Positions 27,841-38,043 of a DNA stretch of 48,201 bases are shown here, piece by piece. The stretch is from an uncultured Selenomonadaceae bacterium. Its GTDB lineage: Bacteria; Bacillota; Negativicutes; Selenomonadales; Selenomonadaceae. The stretch spans positions 1 through 48,201 of the forward strand of contig CALZDE010000001.1 in assembly GCA_945637225.1 (NCBI GenBank), given 5' to 3'. Each line of letters begins with the position of its first letter. Within the stretch, counting starts at the first letter, position 1. Both the position numbers and the translations under genes were made by a program. The notes beneath the pieces are model-generated. The model was not told where the DNA came from. It did not search any database and was given only the letters and a program-made list of their open reading frames with translations.

Positions 27841-29355
27841 TCAGATTTTCAAAATTGCTTCTACCAAGCCTGCAATAGTATATTCCTCTGCAACAATAGC
27901 AGGTTCTAAGCCGTTTTCCTTCAATGTATCAGCAGTAATAGGGCCAATAGCGGCTAATTTTACCTTTTTCAGCAGATCCTTGCTGTCACCTAAAAGTTCT
28001 AAAAGATTTTTTACGGTAGATGAGCTGGTGAAGGTAACAATATCAATATCTCCAGCAGAAAGGGCCTGCTTTACTGGCTCTGGGTCTACCTTTGCCTTTA
28101 CAGTCTCATAGGCGGTAACTACCTTTACATCAACACCTGCTTCCTTTAAGGATTCAGGTAAAACCTCACGTGCTTCCTTCGCTCTAGGAATCAATACCTT
28201 TTCGCCCTGCTGAATTTTTCCTTCTAAGGCTTCCAAAACACCCTCTGCCTGATATTTCTCAGGAACAACATCAGCAATTACGCCATATTCCTTTAATCTA
28301 CTAGCAGTAGCAGAACCGATAGCACATATCTTAGCATTTGCCAAGGATCTTACATCCTTTTTCGCCATTTCAAGACGGGAGAAGAAATGTTCTACACCAT
28401 TGGTACTGGTAAAAATCAGCCAATCATATGTTTTAATATTCTCAATTTCTGTATCTAATTCAGCATAATTATCGGTTGGTGACTGAATTGCAATAGCAGG
28501 AAGCTCCCATACATCAGCCCCTAATTCCTCTAAGGAAACCGTCAATTTAGAGGCCTGTGCCCTTGCTCTGGTAACCAAAACTCGCTTGCCGAACATAGGT
28601 TTATTTTCCTTATTATCAAACCAGCACAACTGTTCGCGTAATTTTACTACCTCGCCAACAAGGAAAATAGATGGTGCCTTGATACCCTCACGAATAGCCA
28701 TAGAAGGTGCATCATCAAGCGTAGTGGTCCATACCTGCTGTTGTGGTCTAGTACCCCAGCGGATAATAGCGACTGGAGTTTTTGGATTTCTGCCAAATTC
28801 AATAAGCTTTTCCGTAATCTTAGGAATATTAGCCACACCCATCAGGAAAACTACCGTATCAGTAGCGGTAGCCAGCTTGTCCCAATGGATATCGGAATTT
28901 TCTTTAGCAGGGTCCTCATGACCTGTTACCACTGCAAAAGAAGCCGCAATACCACGATGAGTTACAGGAATACCAGCATAGGCAGGCACAGAAATAGCCG
29001 AGGTAATACCAGGTACTATTTCAAATGGAATGTCATTTTCCTTCAGCAGTAATGCTTCCTCACCGCCCCTGCCAAAAACAAATGGGTCACCGCCCTTTAA
29101 ACGAGTTACCGTCTTGCCTTCCTTAGCTAAATCCACTAACAGCTGATTAATTTTATACTGAGGCATAGCATGATTATTAGAAGCCTTGCCAACGTATATA
29201 TATTCGGCATCCTTTCTGCCACAGCCCAAAATTCTCTGGTCAGCCAAACGGTCATAAACAATAACATCCGCTGCCGCTAAACAGTCCTTCGCCTTCAAGC
29301 TGAGCAGACGGTAATCGCCTGGACCTGCACCAATCAAATAAACAATACCCTTCAT
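27841..29355 (-). CDS. cobA/hemD: Bifunctional uroporphyrinogen-III C-methyltransferase / uroporphyrinogen-III synthase
   Basis: N-half SUMT ([25 protein letters not shown]). C-half HEM4 fold (two Rossmann-like repeats, VLVTRA..., [10 protein letters not shown]). Confidence 0.9.
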   Translation of the reverse strand: MKGIVYLIGAGPGDYRLLSLKAKDCLAAADVIVYDRLADQRILGCGRKDAEYIYVGKASNNHAMPQYKINQLLVDLAKEGKTVTRLKGGDPFVFGRGGEEALLLKENDIPFEIVPGITSAISVPAYAGIPVTHRGIAASFAVVTGHEDPAKENSDIHWDKLATATDTVVFLMGVANIPKITEKLIEFGRNPKTPVAIIRWGTRPQQQVWTTTLDDAPSMAIREGIKAPSIFLVGEVVKLREQLCWFDNKENKPMFGKRVLVTRARAQASKLTVSLEELGADVWELPAIAIQSPTDNYAELDTEIENIKTYDWLIFTSTNGVEHFFSRLEMAKKDVRSLANAKICAIGSATASRLKEYGVIADVVPEKYQAEGVLEALEGKIQQGEKVLIPRAKEAREVLPESLKEAGVDVKVVTAYETVKAKVDPEPVKQALSAGDIDIVTFTSSSTVKNLLELLGDSKDLLKKVKLAAIGPITADTLKENGLEPAIVAEEYTIAGLVEAILKI

Positions 29356-29361
29356 AATATC

Positions 29362-30294
29362 TTAAACCTCTATTCCTATTTCCTTCAGAATATCTCTGCC
29401 ACCCATATCCAGCAGCTTATTTGCCAATTCCCTGCCCAGCTTGACACCTTCAAGAGCAGGGCCTTCAATACTGTCTCTATAAAGCTTACTGCCATCAAGA
29501 GAAGCAATTACTGCCTCTGCCTTCACCATACCTGGCTTTGGGCTGATAGCATACACACCGACAGGCACCTGACAACCGCCCTCTACAGCAGCCAAAAACG
29601 CACGTTCTGTGATTGTACAGGCTCTTGTTTCCTTATCATCTAAGAAGGCAAGCATTTCACGAAGTTCTGTATCATCTTCTCTTGTTTCAACAGCCAAAGC
29701 ACCCTGACCTACCGCTGGAAGGCACATGGTCTTAGGAAGCTCCTCCTTTATGCGGTCACTAAAGCCAAGACGCTTCAAGCCTGCCGCCGCAAGAATAATA
29801 GCATCGAAATTTTCAGATTCCAATTTCTGAAGCCTTGTATTTACATTTCCACGTAAATCCTGAATATTAAAATCAGGTCTTGCATGAAGAAGCTGTGCCT
29901 TTCTTCGCAGGCTGGAAGTACCAATCTTTGCACCCTCTGGAAGCTCGGCAAAACTGTTGTACTTATTGCTCACCAAAGCATCACCAGGGTTCTCACGCTC
30001 TGTAATAGCCGTAATCACCAATCCCTCTGGCACCACCACTGGCATATCCTTCAGACTGTGTACCGCAATATCAATTTCACCCTCCAGCATGGCAGTTTCC
30101 AGTTCCTTAGTAAAAAGCCCCTTACCGCCTATCTTTGCTAAAGGAGCATCGAGAATCTTATCTCCCTTGGTAGTCATCAGGCATTTTTCAATCTCAACAT
30201 CAGGATACTGCTGCTGTAATCTTTCCATTATGTAATCGGCCTGCCACAAAGCTAATTTACTGCTTCTAGTGCCGATAATTATCTTTTTTCTCAT
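29362..30294 (-). CDS. hemC: Hydroxymethylbilane synthase (porphobilinogen deaminase)
   Basis: IIGTRSSKLALWQA, RGNVNTRL and the cofactor Cys region GGCQVPVG. Confidence 0.9.
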   Translation of the reverse strand: MRKKIIIGTRSSKLALWQADYIMERLQQQYPDVEIEKCLMTTKGDKILDAPLAKIGGKGLFTKELETAMLEGEIDIAVHSLKDMPVVVPEGLVITAITERENPGDALVSNKYNSFAELPEGAKIGTSSLRRKAQLLHARPDFNIQDLRGNVNTRLQKLESENFDAIILAAAGLKRLGFSDRIKEELPKTMCLPAVGQGALAVETREDDTELREMLAFLDDKETRACTITERAFLAAVEGGCQVPVGVYAISPKPGMVKAEAVIASLDGSKLYRDSIEGPALEGVKLGRELANKLLDMGGRDILKEIGIEV

Positions 30295-30324
30295 ATCAAT
30301 TACTCCAAATATATACCAATTGCC

Positions 30325-31614
30325 CTATTCCAGTTCAAAAAGACTGTTTAAGGCTCTTACATAAAACTGCTCATAAGGCCGGCCTGCCGCGTCTGTCACC
30401 TTCATCATAGGAAGTCTCAGCATTTTTCGTACCAGCATATGACTCATTTTCTCCATGGCACGCTTCTCAGCTTCCGTCAGTTCTGGCATTTTAGCCAAAG
30501 CCCTTTTTAGCTCACGAAGACGGATTTCCTCTGCCTTATCCGAAAGCTTCGCCAATACAGGCTGAACAGGAAGATAATTAAACCTGTCTAAAAGACTGTC
30601 CATTTCCTCCACGACAATTTTCTCCGCCTGCACTGCTTCCTGCTTGCGTTCCTGAAGATTTTCGTCTACCACAGCTTCCAAATCATCTATATTATAAAGG
30701 GTAACGCCAGGAATATCCGCCACCGAAGGCTCTACGTCACGAGGTACTGCAATATCTATCAGCACCAGTGGCCTTCCATCTCTCGTTGCCATGAAGGGAA
30801 CAATATCCTTTTCCCTTATAACATAATCAGGTGCACCAGTCGAAGTTACCACAATATCCACATTCAGCTTTCTTTCTATCATTTGCTGGAAAACATCACC
30901 CAATGATAAAGCCTTGGCATTAAACTTCTTGGAAAGCTCATCCGCCCTTGATACATGACGGTTGGCTACGTAAAGCTCCTTGACACCATGAGATACCATG
31001 TGTGTAGCCGTAAGCTCTGCCATTTTTCCTGCACCGATGAGAAGCGCACTGGAAGTATCGAGCCTGCCAAAAATATTTTTCGCCAGTTCCACCGCTGTAT
31101 AGCTGACAGATACAGGATTAAAAGCAATCTTTGTCTCCGTCCTCACCCTTTTGCCCGTAGTAATGGCACGATGAAAAAGGAGATTCAGCACCGTACTGGT
31201 AGCCCCTGCGTCCTTAGCGATAGAATAAGCATGCTTCACCTGACTTAATATCTGACCTTCACCAATGACAAGGGAATCAAGACTGGAAGCCACCTGCAAA
31301 AGATGGTGAATGCAGGCATCATCCAAAAATGTATATGTATACTGCTGAAAATCCTCAAATTTTTCTTTATTGCCCGTAAGGTCAGCCCAAAAATTCTGCG
31401 CCGCCTCCAAAGCACCCTCCTGCAAATCTGCGGCTACATAAAGCTCACTTCTGTTACAGGTAGAAAGCACCACCGCCTCCTGCAAAGGCTCATACTCCTG
31501 CAAATTGTCCAAGCCCTCTATAATTCTTTCTCTGGATAAGCTGAATCTTTCCCGTACTTCTACAGGTGCCGTTCTATGATTCAGTCCCAGAGCAATCAAG
31601 CGCATTGATGGCAT
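30325..31614 (-). CDS. hemA: Glutamyl-tRNA reductase
   Basis: GLNHRTAPVEVRE, catalytic STCNRSELY and NADPH site LIGAGKMAE. The ATG at 31614 abuts the res stop codon with a GAGGGA SD 6 nt upstream. An alternative ATG is at 31605. Confidence 0.9.
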   Translation of the reverse strand: MPSMRLIALGLNHRTAPVEVRERFSLSRERIIEGLDNLQEYEPLQEAVVLSTCNRSELYVAADLQEGALEAAQNFWADLTGNKEKFEDFQQYTYTFLDDACIHHLLQVASSLDSLVIGEGQILSQVKHAYSIAKDAGATSTVLNLLFHRAITTGKRVRTETKIAFNPVSVSYTAVELAKNIFGRLDTSSALLIGAGKMAELTATHMVSHGVKELYVANRHVSRADELSKKFNAKALSLGDVFQQMIERKLNVDIVVTSTGAPDYVIREKDIVPFMATRDGRPLVLIDIAVPRDVEPSVADIPGVTLYNIDDLEAVVDENLQERKQEAVQAEKIVVEEMDSLLDRFNYLPVQPVLAKLSDKAEEIRLRELKRALAKMPELTEAEKRAMEKMSHMLVRKMLRLPMMKVTDAAGRPYEQFYVRALNSLFELE

Positions 31615-34602
31615 TTAATTTCCCTCGCTCACATCCAAAATATCTTTAACAATATTTACCATAGACTTTCGTTTTAACTGGGTTACAAAATTCACAGTGT
31701 AACCTTCCTTCTTCATCTGCTCAAAGAAAACTTTAGCACAATCTATCTTTACCTGTTCTTCTCCTCGCAGTTCTGATTCTGTCTCCACGTCCTTTGTTTC
31801 AACGATGATATTTAATTCCTTAGAGCCATCCTGCTTCTTCACCACATACATAAAATCTGGGCTGTAGGTACCACCAGCGATAGTGGGAACAGCAATACTA
31901 TTCCGCGGAATTTTGCCATAAACTACAATCTCATCTATAGCAGAGGACATGATATTTTCCTGCTCCAATGCAGAATCGTAAGCAATAACATCATAAAGAT
32001 ACTTTGCTGGAGCATTTCCATCATCAAATTTAGTACCTATCCTGCCAGCTGAAATCTCTTTTCGAGGACTGCCGTCAACATTGGACAGAGCTGTACCTTT
32101 TTCTGTTACAGCATCACACTTAGTATACCAGAAACGCCCCTGTAAAAATTCCATTTTCCACTGACGGAACACGCTGACAAATCTCGCTACCGCCTGCTCG
32201 TTTATACTCTCTTTATCTATTATACCATGTTTTTTGATATAATCCTGCATAGCTTTTAGCAATATATTAAGTGGAATATATGTCACCTTGCTTATGCGCA
32301 TAAGAAACTCACGGAAAGATATAGGATTGCTGTAACGTAGAGCCATACCAGACTCCCCTACCACCATAACACCAGTATTATCAGTTTTTATTACCTGTCG
32401 CTGTGCCTGCAAGTAGAGGGTACTAAAAATATTTTTCTCGAAAAGCTTAGGTAATTCCTTCGGCAAAGCAGCATCTATTTCCTTCTGATACATCAGCAGA
32501 TAGCTTTGATTTACCTTCTCCCACAGCTCCCTTATATCCTCATACTCATCAGGGCGAATTTTAATAGAACTGATATTCTTTTTACTGTCACGATCTATAA
32601 TTCTGCCAGCCTTCAGACCGCTATTAAATTCTGGATATTTTGCAAACAGCTCATCTTTCTTTTCCGAATTAATCTTATGAGAAAAATCGATGTAATCATT
32701 AACCACCAGATCTACAAACAGATCATGCTCTGACATTTTATAGATACCCAGCACACGATGGAAATCTTCCAAGGTAATTGTCATAGCCTCTGGCCTGTCG
32801 CCATTAATCTCATCCACCAGCTTCTGAGCAAAATCTGCCTCTGTAAAATCAACAATGTAGTTAAGATAAAACTCACTGCTGCGGACTCTGTTACCATTTT
32901 CATCTACTGGAAGCCTAAGGCCTCTGCCTACCTCCTGCAGCTTGCTGTTTTCACTGCCACTGGAACGCAATTTAGCTATTGTAAACACATTTGGATTGTC
33001 CCATCCTTCTTTCAGTGTCCATTTTGAAAAAAGAAATCTACGCACATTCCAGCAATTATGTTCATCCTTAAAAGATAGCAATTTCTTTTTGTTGCGGAGA
33101 ATATCCTCTACTTCCTGTTTTATCGCTTCATCACTATCATTATTATCCTGAGAAAAATACCCAGCATGACAATCCTCGATATGCTCCAGACTGTACTGCA
33201 AATATTCTCTGTACTCATCGGAATCAGTTTTTCTCATGGCTTCCTGCAAACTTTCCTTCAAAAATTTCTCAAAGGAATTTTTCAAGTATGGCTCTTTATC
33301 CCCATTGTCTCGATAGGAATAAATATCGTCAATAAAAAACAGTGCCAAAGTCTTTATCTTAAATCTATTTTCGCAAAAGTTTCTTTCCTCAGTCTCAAAA
33401 TGACGCTTCAACGCCAATTTCAGCATACCTTCCTGATAAGAGGACATATACACATTAGCATCAATTTCCTCGCCAACCTGCTTTTCAATGCCATTGGAAA
33501 ATTCTACAGTATTTTTGGTAATTCCTGTTACACTGACACCATCTAATGCACTGGTAATGCTGGCTAGAGAATCCCCCTTAGCCACTGTATATGTTTTTGC
33601 ACTATTTTTTTGAGTATATTTGATATTTACAGATTTGCCACGCTCCGTACTGACAATCTTCAATTTCTCATCACTGACCGCAGGATTAACAAAATGTTCC
33701 TTAGCTACACCCTTAATCAGATTTTTATTGAAGGCATCACAGGCATCCAGCTCATAAATCAGATTGTGATAATCCTTGATGATTCTCTTGTTTTTCCCTT
33801 TCCCCTCGGTAGTATCTGGAAATGTTGCACCAAAACGGATAATACACTGTGGCTTTAACTGATTTTTTATTACATCAAAGGTTTTGTTATCTCGACTAAA
33901 ACGGTGAGGTTCATCTATAACCACAAAAGGTCTAACCGATGCTATAGCTTCTAACGGCTGATAATATCCATTTACACCATAATCATATTCATTCGTTAAA
34001 GTCTTACCACTGGTCAAAAGCTGCATGTTCATCAAAAGCACATAAATTTTATGGCTGTTAGCTATGCCGCCTTCCACAAAATCCCGTACTTCAGCAGGAA
34101 AAAAGTTCTTACCCTTTTTCTTACTTTTAGACTCCACAGTTAAAAGCTCTATTTCCTTGCCATAGCCACACACATCAGCAAAATGCTTTTTACTATATAA
34201 ATCAGAGACAAAATTTTGTGTACCCGATTTAATAGGCAGACTAGGCACAAGAATAATGAATTTATTAATACCGTAGAGCCTATTTAGCTCGTAAATAGTA
34301 TGGGTATAAACATAGGTCTTACCTGTACCAGTTTCCATCTTAATATCAAGATTAAGGTACTTTGCTATGTCATTACTTCCCCTATGCTCTGGCAATACAT
34401 TTTTCTGTAACTCCTTAATATTGCAAAGCAAATCCTGACTCCCTAGAGAAAAAACAGGATTTTTACGGTTTTGCGGATCAAAAGAAAAACCTACATTTCT
34501 AAAGACCTGACCTATGGCCTCTACTGCTTTTTGCTGATGTTCCAGTCCTTTTTCTAAAATAAGTTCCAACTCTGGCACCTCCAGTAAATCAGTAGCGGAC
34601 AT
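31615..34602 (-). CDS. res: Type III restriction endonuclease subunit Res (SF2 helicase plus PD-(D/E)XK nuclease)
   Basis: Walker A METGTGKTY, DEPH box VVIDEPHRF, later helicase motif LQEVGRGLRLP and C-terminal nuclease YSPDFMYVV...NIIVETKD. It overlaps the mod 3' end by 14 nt. Confidence 0.85.
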   Translation of the reverse strand: MSATDLLEVPELELILEKGLEHQQKAVEAIGQVFRNVGFSFDPQNRKNPVFSLGSQDLLCNIKELQKNVLPEHRGSNDIAKYLNLDIKMETGTGKTYVYTHTIYELNRLYGINKFIILVPSLPIKSGTQNFVSDLYSKKHFADVCGYGKEIELLTVESKSKKKGKNFFPAEVRDFVEGGIANSHKIYVLLMNMQLLTSGKTLTNEYDYGVNGYYQPLEAIASVRPFVVIDEPHRFSRDNKTFDVIKNQLKPQCIIRFGATFPDTTEGKGKNKRIIKDYHNLIYELDACDAFNKNLIKGVAKEHFVNPAVSDEKLKIVSTERGKSVNIKYTQKNSAKTYTVAKGDSLASITSALDGVSVTGITKNTVEFSNGIEKQVGEEIDANVYMSSYQEGMLKLALKRHFETEERNFCENRFKIKTLALFFIDDIYSYRDNGDKEPYLKNSFEKFLKESLQEAMRKTDSDEYREYLQYSLEHIEDCHAGYFSQDNNDSDEAIKQEVEDILRNKKKLLSFKDEHNCWNVRRFLFSKWTLKEGWDNPNVFTIAKLRSSGSENSKLQEVGRGLRLPVDENGNRVRSSEFYLNYIVDFTEADFAQKLVDEINGDRPEAMTITLEDFHRVLGIYKMSEHDLFVDLVVNDYIDFSHKINSEKKDELFAKYPEFNSGLKAGRIIDRDSKKNISSIKIRPDEYEDIRELWEKVNQSYLLMYQKEIDAALPKELPKLFEKNIFSTLYLQAQRQVIKTDNTGVMVVGESGMALRYSNPISFREFLMRISKVTYIPLNILLKAMQDYIKKHGIIDKESINEQAVARFVSVFRQWKMEFLQGRFWYTKCDAVTEKGTALSNVDGSPRKEISAGRIGTKFDDGNAPAKYLYDVIAYDSALEQENIMSSAIDEIVVYGKIPRNSIAVPTIAGGTYSPDFMYVVKKQDGSKELNIIVETKDVETESELRGEEQVKIDCAKVFFEQMKKEGYTVNFVTQLKRKSMVNIVKDILDVSEGN

Positions 34603-36577
34603 CAATATTAATAGTCTTGTTAATGCCTGCTGAATCTTTCACCTTAAATAAATTGTCCCTTAACATCTGGCTTGCCGTAAATGTAAAACTGTAGCCAAAA
34701 ACTACAATGTGCTCCGCCATAAAGCCATTGTCTGTATCAAGGGCACCATAAAGAGCCTTCATCTGTTCTTCACCAAAGCCCTCACGTATAAGGTAAAGAT
34801 GATTACCACAATGATATGCTGTATATCCTGCCAAATCCAGCTCCTGCACCTCTGGCATAAAACCGTAGCCGTCATGAACAAGATAGGTAGTCAAGACAGT
34901 AGACAAGCCAAATCTGTTTAGCATGTGGTCTTCTTCATCAAGCAAAATCTCCTGTGGAGAATTTAGTTTCTCATACCACTCATCTAGCTTATCAATAAAA
35001 CTATCGTCAAAATCCTGCAAGGTGTAGTGCTTAAAACCTAAGTCAGCAGTAGTATCTGGATTTTCTTCACGAAGCTTCTTCGCTGCACGAATTATGCGCT
35101 CCTGCCCTATCTGGTCAATGGTTCTAAAGCCTGCTTTATAGGCAGATGTACTATCTTTCAATAATTCTGGCAACTGCACAATTATAATTTGCCTATTAGT
35201 TCCATCTTGAATATTCGTCCTTAACACTGCCTCTGCTGTCGATGATGAGCCCCCAAAAAAATCCAAAACAATATCATTATCTGATGTGCTAATCTGTATA
35301 AATTGTTTCATTAATTCTATTGGTTTAGGATGATCAAACATCTTTTTATCAAAAACATTGTTTAAGTCCTTCGTAGCATTATCATTGGAATATATCGTTT
35401 CTGTTAATGCCAAAGTTGACAAGCATTTTGTTCTATCAGAGTAGTCAATAAAATACCCCTCATCATTTTCATCTATGGTAGCCTTCTGATATGTCTTTGT
35501 ATATATTCTCTTACCATTTCTACTCTTTTTTATTACTATAAATCCATTTTCATAGCCAAATTTGAATTTTTCCTTACTCCAACGCCATGCCCAATCAGCA
35601 GTATCATATATACCGTTCTGACGCTCCTCGTAGTCCTCTTTTGATGAACCTGCATAGAAAGTTTCCCCCTCTATTTCTATAGGATAATCTAAACTTGGAC
35701 TATACTGTAAACTATCGTAATCTAATGTTTGATTTAATTTATAATATCCACGTTCTTCAAAGAATTCATCTTTATGTTTAAAACCTTTATCATTATGTTT
35801 AACAGGATATAATTTTATCTCTGCAGATTTAGAATAAACATTAACATAATCATGGTTTAAGGCAACAACATCTGATGATTTACCACCTTTTTTTGTTATA
35901 CGGGTAAATGTAGCAATAAAATTCTCCTCGCCAAACACACTATCGCACAAGAGTTTAAGATTTGCCTGCTCATTATCATCTATACTAATGAAAATTACGC
36001 CGTCCTTACTGAGCAAATCCCTAGCTAACAGAAGACGAGGATACATAAAAGTAAGCCATGCCGAGTGAGATGCACTGCCACGAGAAGTCATGCTCATCAG
36101 TCGTTCTGCTTCACTCTCGCTGATGTTGAGCTTTTCCATAAGGCTCTCTACTGTAAAAGTAAACTTATCCTTGTAAATAAAACCATCCGAACCAGTGTTA
36201 TAAGGTGGGTCGATATATATACATTTAACAGCACCCTCATAGGATTTCAGCATATGCTTCAGAGCATCGAGATTATCACCTGAAATATAGATATTTTTGC
36301 TGTCCTTATTCTCCGGCTTATTATTATGTTCCTCATCAGGCTGTATTACTGTAGTAGTTTCTAGTGAAGCCAGCATACGAGCGTAGTTTTTGCCGAGAAA
36401 ATTAAGTTCATAACCTTCATCACGAATATTTATTTCTTTTTTTAAAATCCCTTTGAAGGTCTCCATGCTAAAGTTACCAGCAACATCAAAACACTGAGGA
36501 AACATTTCCTTAAGTTTCTGTATATCTCTGCTATTCGCTCCAATATTTTCATTCTCCATTACAGCATCTCTTATCAT
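34589..36577 (-). CDS. mod: Type III N6-adenine DNA methyltransferase subunit Mod (beta-class)
   Basis: Motif IV IYIDPPYNTGSDGF lies upstream of motif I VLDFFGGSSSTAEA, with a variable TRD between. The ATG at 36577 overlaps the sirC TGA (ATGA) and has GAAAGGTG 6 nt upstream. The track start at 36586 is GTG. Confidence 0.85.
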   Translation of the reverse strand: MIRDAVMENENIGANSRDIQKLKEMFPQCFDVAGNFSMETFKGILKKEINIRDEGYELNFLGKNYARMLASLETTTVIQPDEEHNNKPENKDSKNIYISGDNLDALKHMLKSYEGAVKCIYIDPPYNTGSDGFIYKDKFTFTVESLMEKLNISESEAERLMSMTSRGSASHSAWLTFMYPRLLLARDLLSKDGVIFISIDDNEQANLKLLCDSVFGEENFIATFTRITKKGGKSSDVVALNHDYVNVYSKSAEIKLYPVKHNDKGFKHKDEFFEERGYYKLNQTLDYDSLQYSPSLDYPIEIEGETFYAGSSKEDYEERQNGIYDTADWAWRWSKEKFKFGYENGFIVIKKSRNGKRIYTKTYQKATIDENDEGYFIDYSDRTKCLSTLALTETIYSNDNATKDLNNVFDKKMFDHPKPIELMKQFIQISTSDNDIVLDFFGGSSSTAEAVLRTNIQDGTNRQIIIVQLPELLKDSTSAYKAGFRTIDQIGQERIIRAAKKLREENPDTTADLGFKHYTLQDFDDSFIDKLDEWYEKLNSPQEILLDEEDHMLNRFGLSTVLTTYLVHDGYGFMPEVQELDLAGYTAYHCGNHLYLIREGFGEEQMKALYGALDTDNGFMAEHIVVFGYSFTFTASQMLRDNLFKVKDSAGINKTINIDVRY

Positions 36578-37209
36578 TTCATACACCTTTCCACCAGCTG
36601 TTCCGCCTGTTCCAGTTCACCCGCACGAATAAAATCTAATAGCATTTCACCATTTTCATCTACTAATTTATGCCAAAATTTTTCTCGTTTTTTTGTATCT
36701 TTAACTTTTTCTTTTAAAGTATTACGTAAATCTTCCTGAATAGCAAGCCATTTGCCAAAATCCTCACCATATTGCTTTTCTAAATCCTTCCTCATAAGAC
36801 GGGAAAAAGCAGGACTGCCACCGCCAGTAGAAACTGTCAGAAGCATATCTCCCCGATGAACACTGGATGGTACCTGAAAATCGCAGTCTTCCTTATCCGT
36901 AGCACTGTTTACCAAAGCACCTATGCTATGAGCCTCATCTGCCGCCTGCCTGTTTACCATAGCAGAATCCGTTGCACAAAATACTAAATGCGCCCCTAAA
37001 AGCATATTCTTGCCAACCTGAAATGGCTCTTTGCACCAAAAGATATCCTTTTTTTGCCAAAGCTCCGTAAGCTCAGGTACTATCTCAGGAGCAATCACAG
37101 TCACCATAGCCCGCTCTGCCAAAAGCCCCCGAATTTTCCTAAGAGCAACACGACCGCCCCCGACCACGAAACAGAGCTTGCCCTCTATACTTAAATTAAT
37201 AGGATACAT
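36574..37209 (-). CDS. sirC: Precorrin-2 dehydrogenase / sirohydrochlorin ferrochelatase-type protein (CysG N-terminal domain homolog)
   Basis: Rossmann motif CFVVGGGRVALRKIRGLL, about 210 aa, helical C-tail. The start is set at ATG 37209; the track start is GTG 37242. Confidence 0.8.
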   Translation of the reverse strand: MYPINLSIEGKLCFVVGGGRVALRKIRGLLAERAMVTVIAPEIVPELTELWQKKDIFWCKEPFQVGKNMLLGAHLVFCATDSAMVNRQAADEAHSIGALVNSATDKEDCDFQVPSSVHRGDMLLTVSTGGGSPAFSRLMRKDLEKQYGEDFGKWLAIQEDLRNTLKEKVKDTKKREKFWHKLVDENGEMLLDFIRAGELEQAEQLVERCMK

Positions 37210-37294
37210 AGCTTGCCTTTCTAAAAAACGAATTGCATTCACTTTTCTAATAACATATTATACACCAAATCAATGAATAGTATATCACATAATT

Positions 37295-37336
37295 AAAAGA
37301 ACGACAATACATCACTGTACTGCCGTTCTCTTTTTT
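37295..37336 (-). terminator. Intrinsic terminator after the response-regulator gene, separating it from the sirC operon
   Basis: Long imperfect hairpin 37298-37329 (AGAACG...CGTTCT outer stem, 12 pairs, 2 mismatches), flanked by A4 and T6. On the minus-strand RNA it is followed by TTTTAATT. Confidence 0.5.
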
Positions 37337-37340
37337 GTTG

Positions 37341-38012
37341 TTATTCAAGGTCTACCATATTATTTTTCAATACATAGATAAGAGCCTGAGTTCTGTCGTT
37401 TACATTTAATTTGCGGAAAATATTGGTTAAATGGTTCTTGACGGTCTTTTCACTGACGAATAACGCCTGTGCTATATCCTGATTGCTGAAACCCTTGGCT
37501 ATACAGCGGAGAACTTCCATCTCACGATTAGTAAGACGCTCATTTCTGCCCTCACGCCACATCTCACGAGCCTTCTCGTTAATATCCTCGCCAATTCTGA
37601 CACTGCCGAAAATACGTTCCTCCAGCTCTGGATAAATATACGTACCGCCATCATGGACAATATGAATTGCCTTTATCAGCATGGAAGGCTCTACGTCCTT
37701 TAACAGATAACCAGACGCACCATTTTTCAGAAGCTCCAATACATAATTATCGCTGTCATGAATAGTCAGGACAATAATTTTTGTCTTGCATCTTGCCGCC
37801 TGAAGCTGACGGGCTACCTCTAAGCCATCTGTTACTGGCATATTCAAATCCAATAAAAGTACATCAGGCTGCATTACCAGTGTCATTCCCAATGCCTTCT
37901 GGCCATCTTCAGCCTCACCGATAACCTCCAGGTCATTTTCAAAATTTAATACTCTCTTGATACCCTGTCTAACAAGTGCGTGGTCATCTGCGATTAAAAT
38001 CTTGATTGCCAT
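37341..38012 (-). CDS. NarL/FixJ-family response regulator (REC plus LuxR-type HTH), no cognate kinase in the window
   Basis: KILIADDHALVRQG, phospho-acceptor LLLDLNMP, LTNREMEVLRCIAKGFSNQDIAQALFVSEKTVKNHLTNIFRKL. The ATG at 38012 is 9 nt after AAAGGAG. Confidence 0.85.
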   Translation of the reverse strand: MAIKILIADDHALVRQGIKRVLNFENDLEVIGEAEDGQKALGMTLVMQPDVLLLDLNMPVTDGLEVARQLQAARCKTKIIVLTIHDSDNYVLELLKNGASGYLLKDVEPSMLIKAIHIVHDGGTYIYPELEERIFGSVRIGEDINEKAREMWREGRNERLTNREMEVLRCIAKGFSNQDIAQALFVSEKTVKNHLTNIFRKLNVNDRTQALIYVLKNNMVDLE

Positions 38013-38043
38013 AAACATTTACTCCTTTTTTTCCGCAAGCCAT

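Noticed and set aside
26860-27909. 167-aa and 171-aa plus-strand ORFs over hemB
   Set aside because: They are antisense shadows of hemB with no motifs or start-site signals.
34589-36577. Possible phase-variable simple-sequence repeat in the Type III mod gene (phasevarion)
   Set aside because: Only short homopolymers (roughly 5-7 nt, e.g. C5A7 near 35250) are present, with no tetra- or pentanucleotide repeat tract. Nothing supports slipped-strand switching.
31590-36610. Mobile-element hallmarks (att-like direct repeats, terminal inverted repeats, integrase/transposase) at the edges of the mod-res insert
   Set aside because: I found none by inspecting either junction. The insert boundaries are ordinary overlapping start and stop codons, so I do not call a mobile element.
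37243-37294. Promoter for the sirC-mod-res-hem operon (a TATAAT at 37257-37262 on the minus strand)
   Set aside because: The -10 hexamer is perfect, but the only TTGATT lies 5 nt away and no acceptable -35 sits at 16-18 nt. This is too uncertain to list as a feature.
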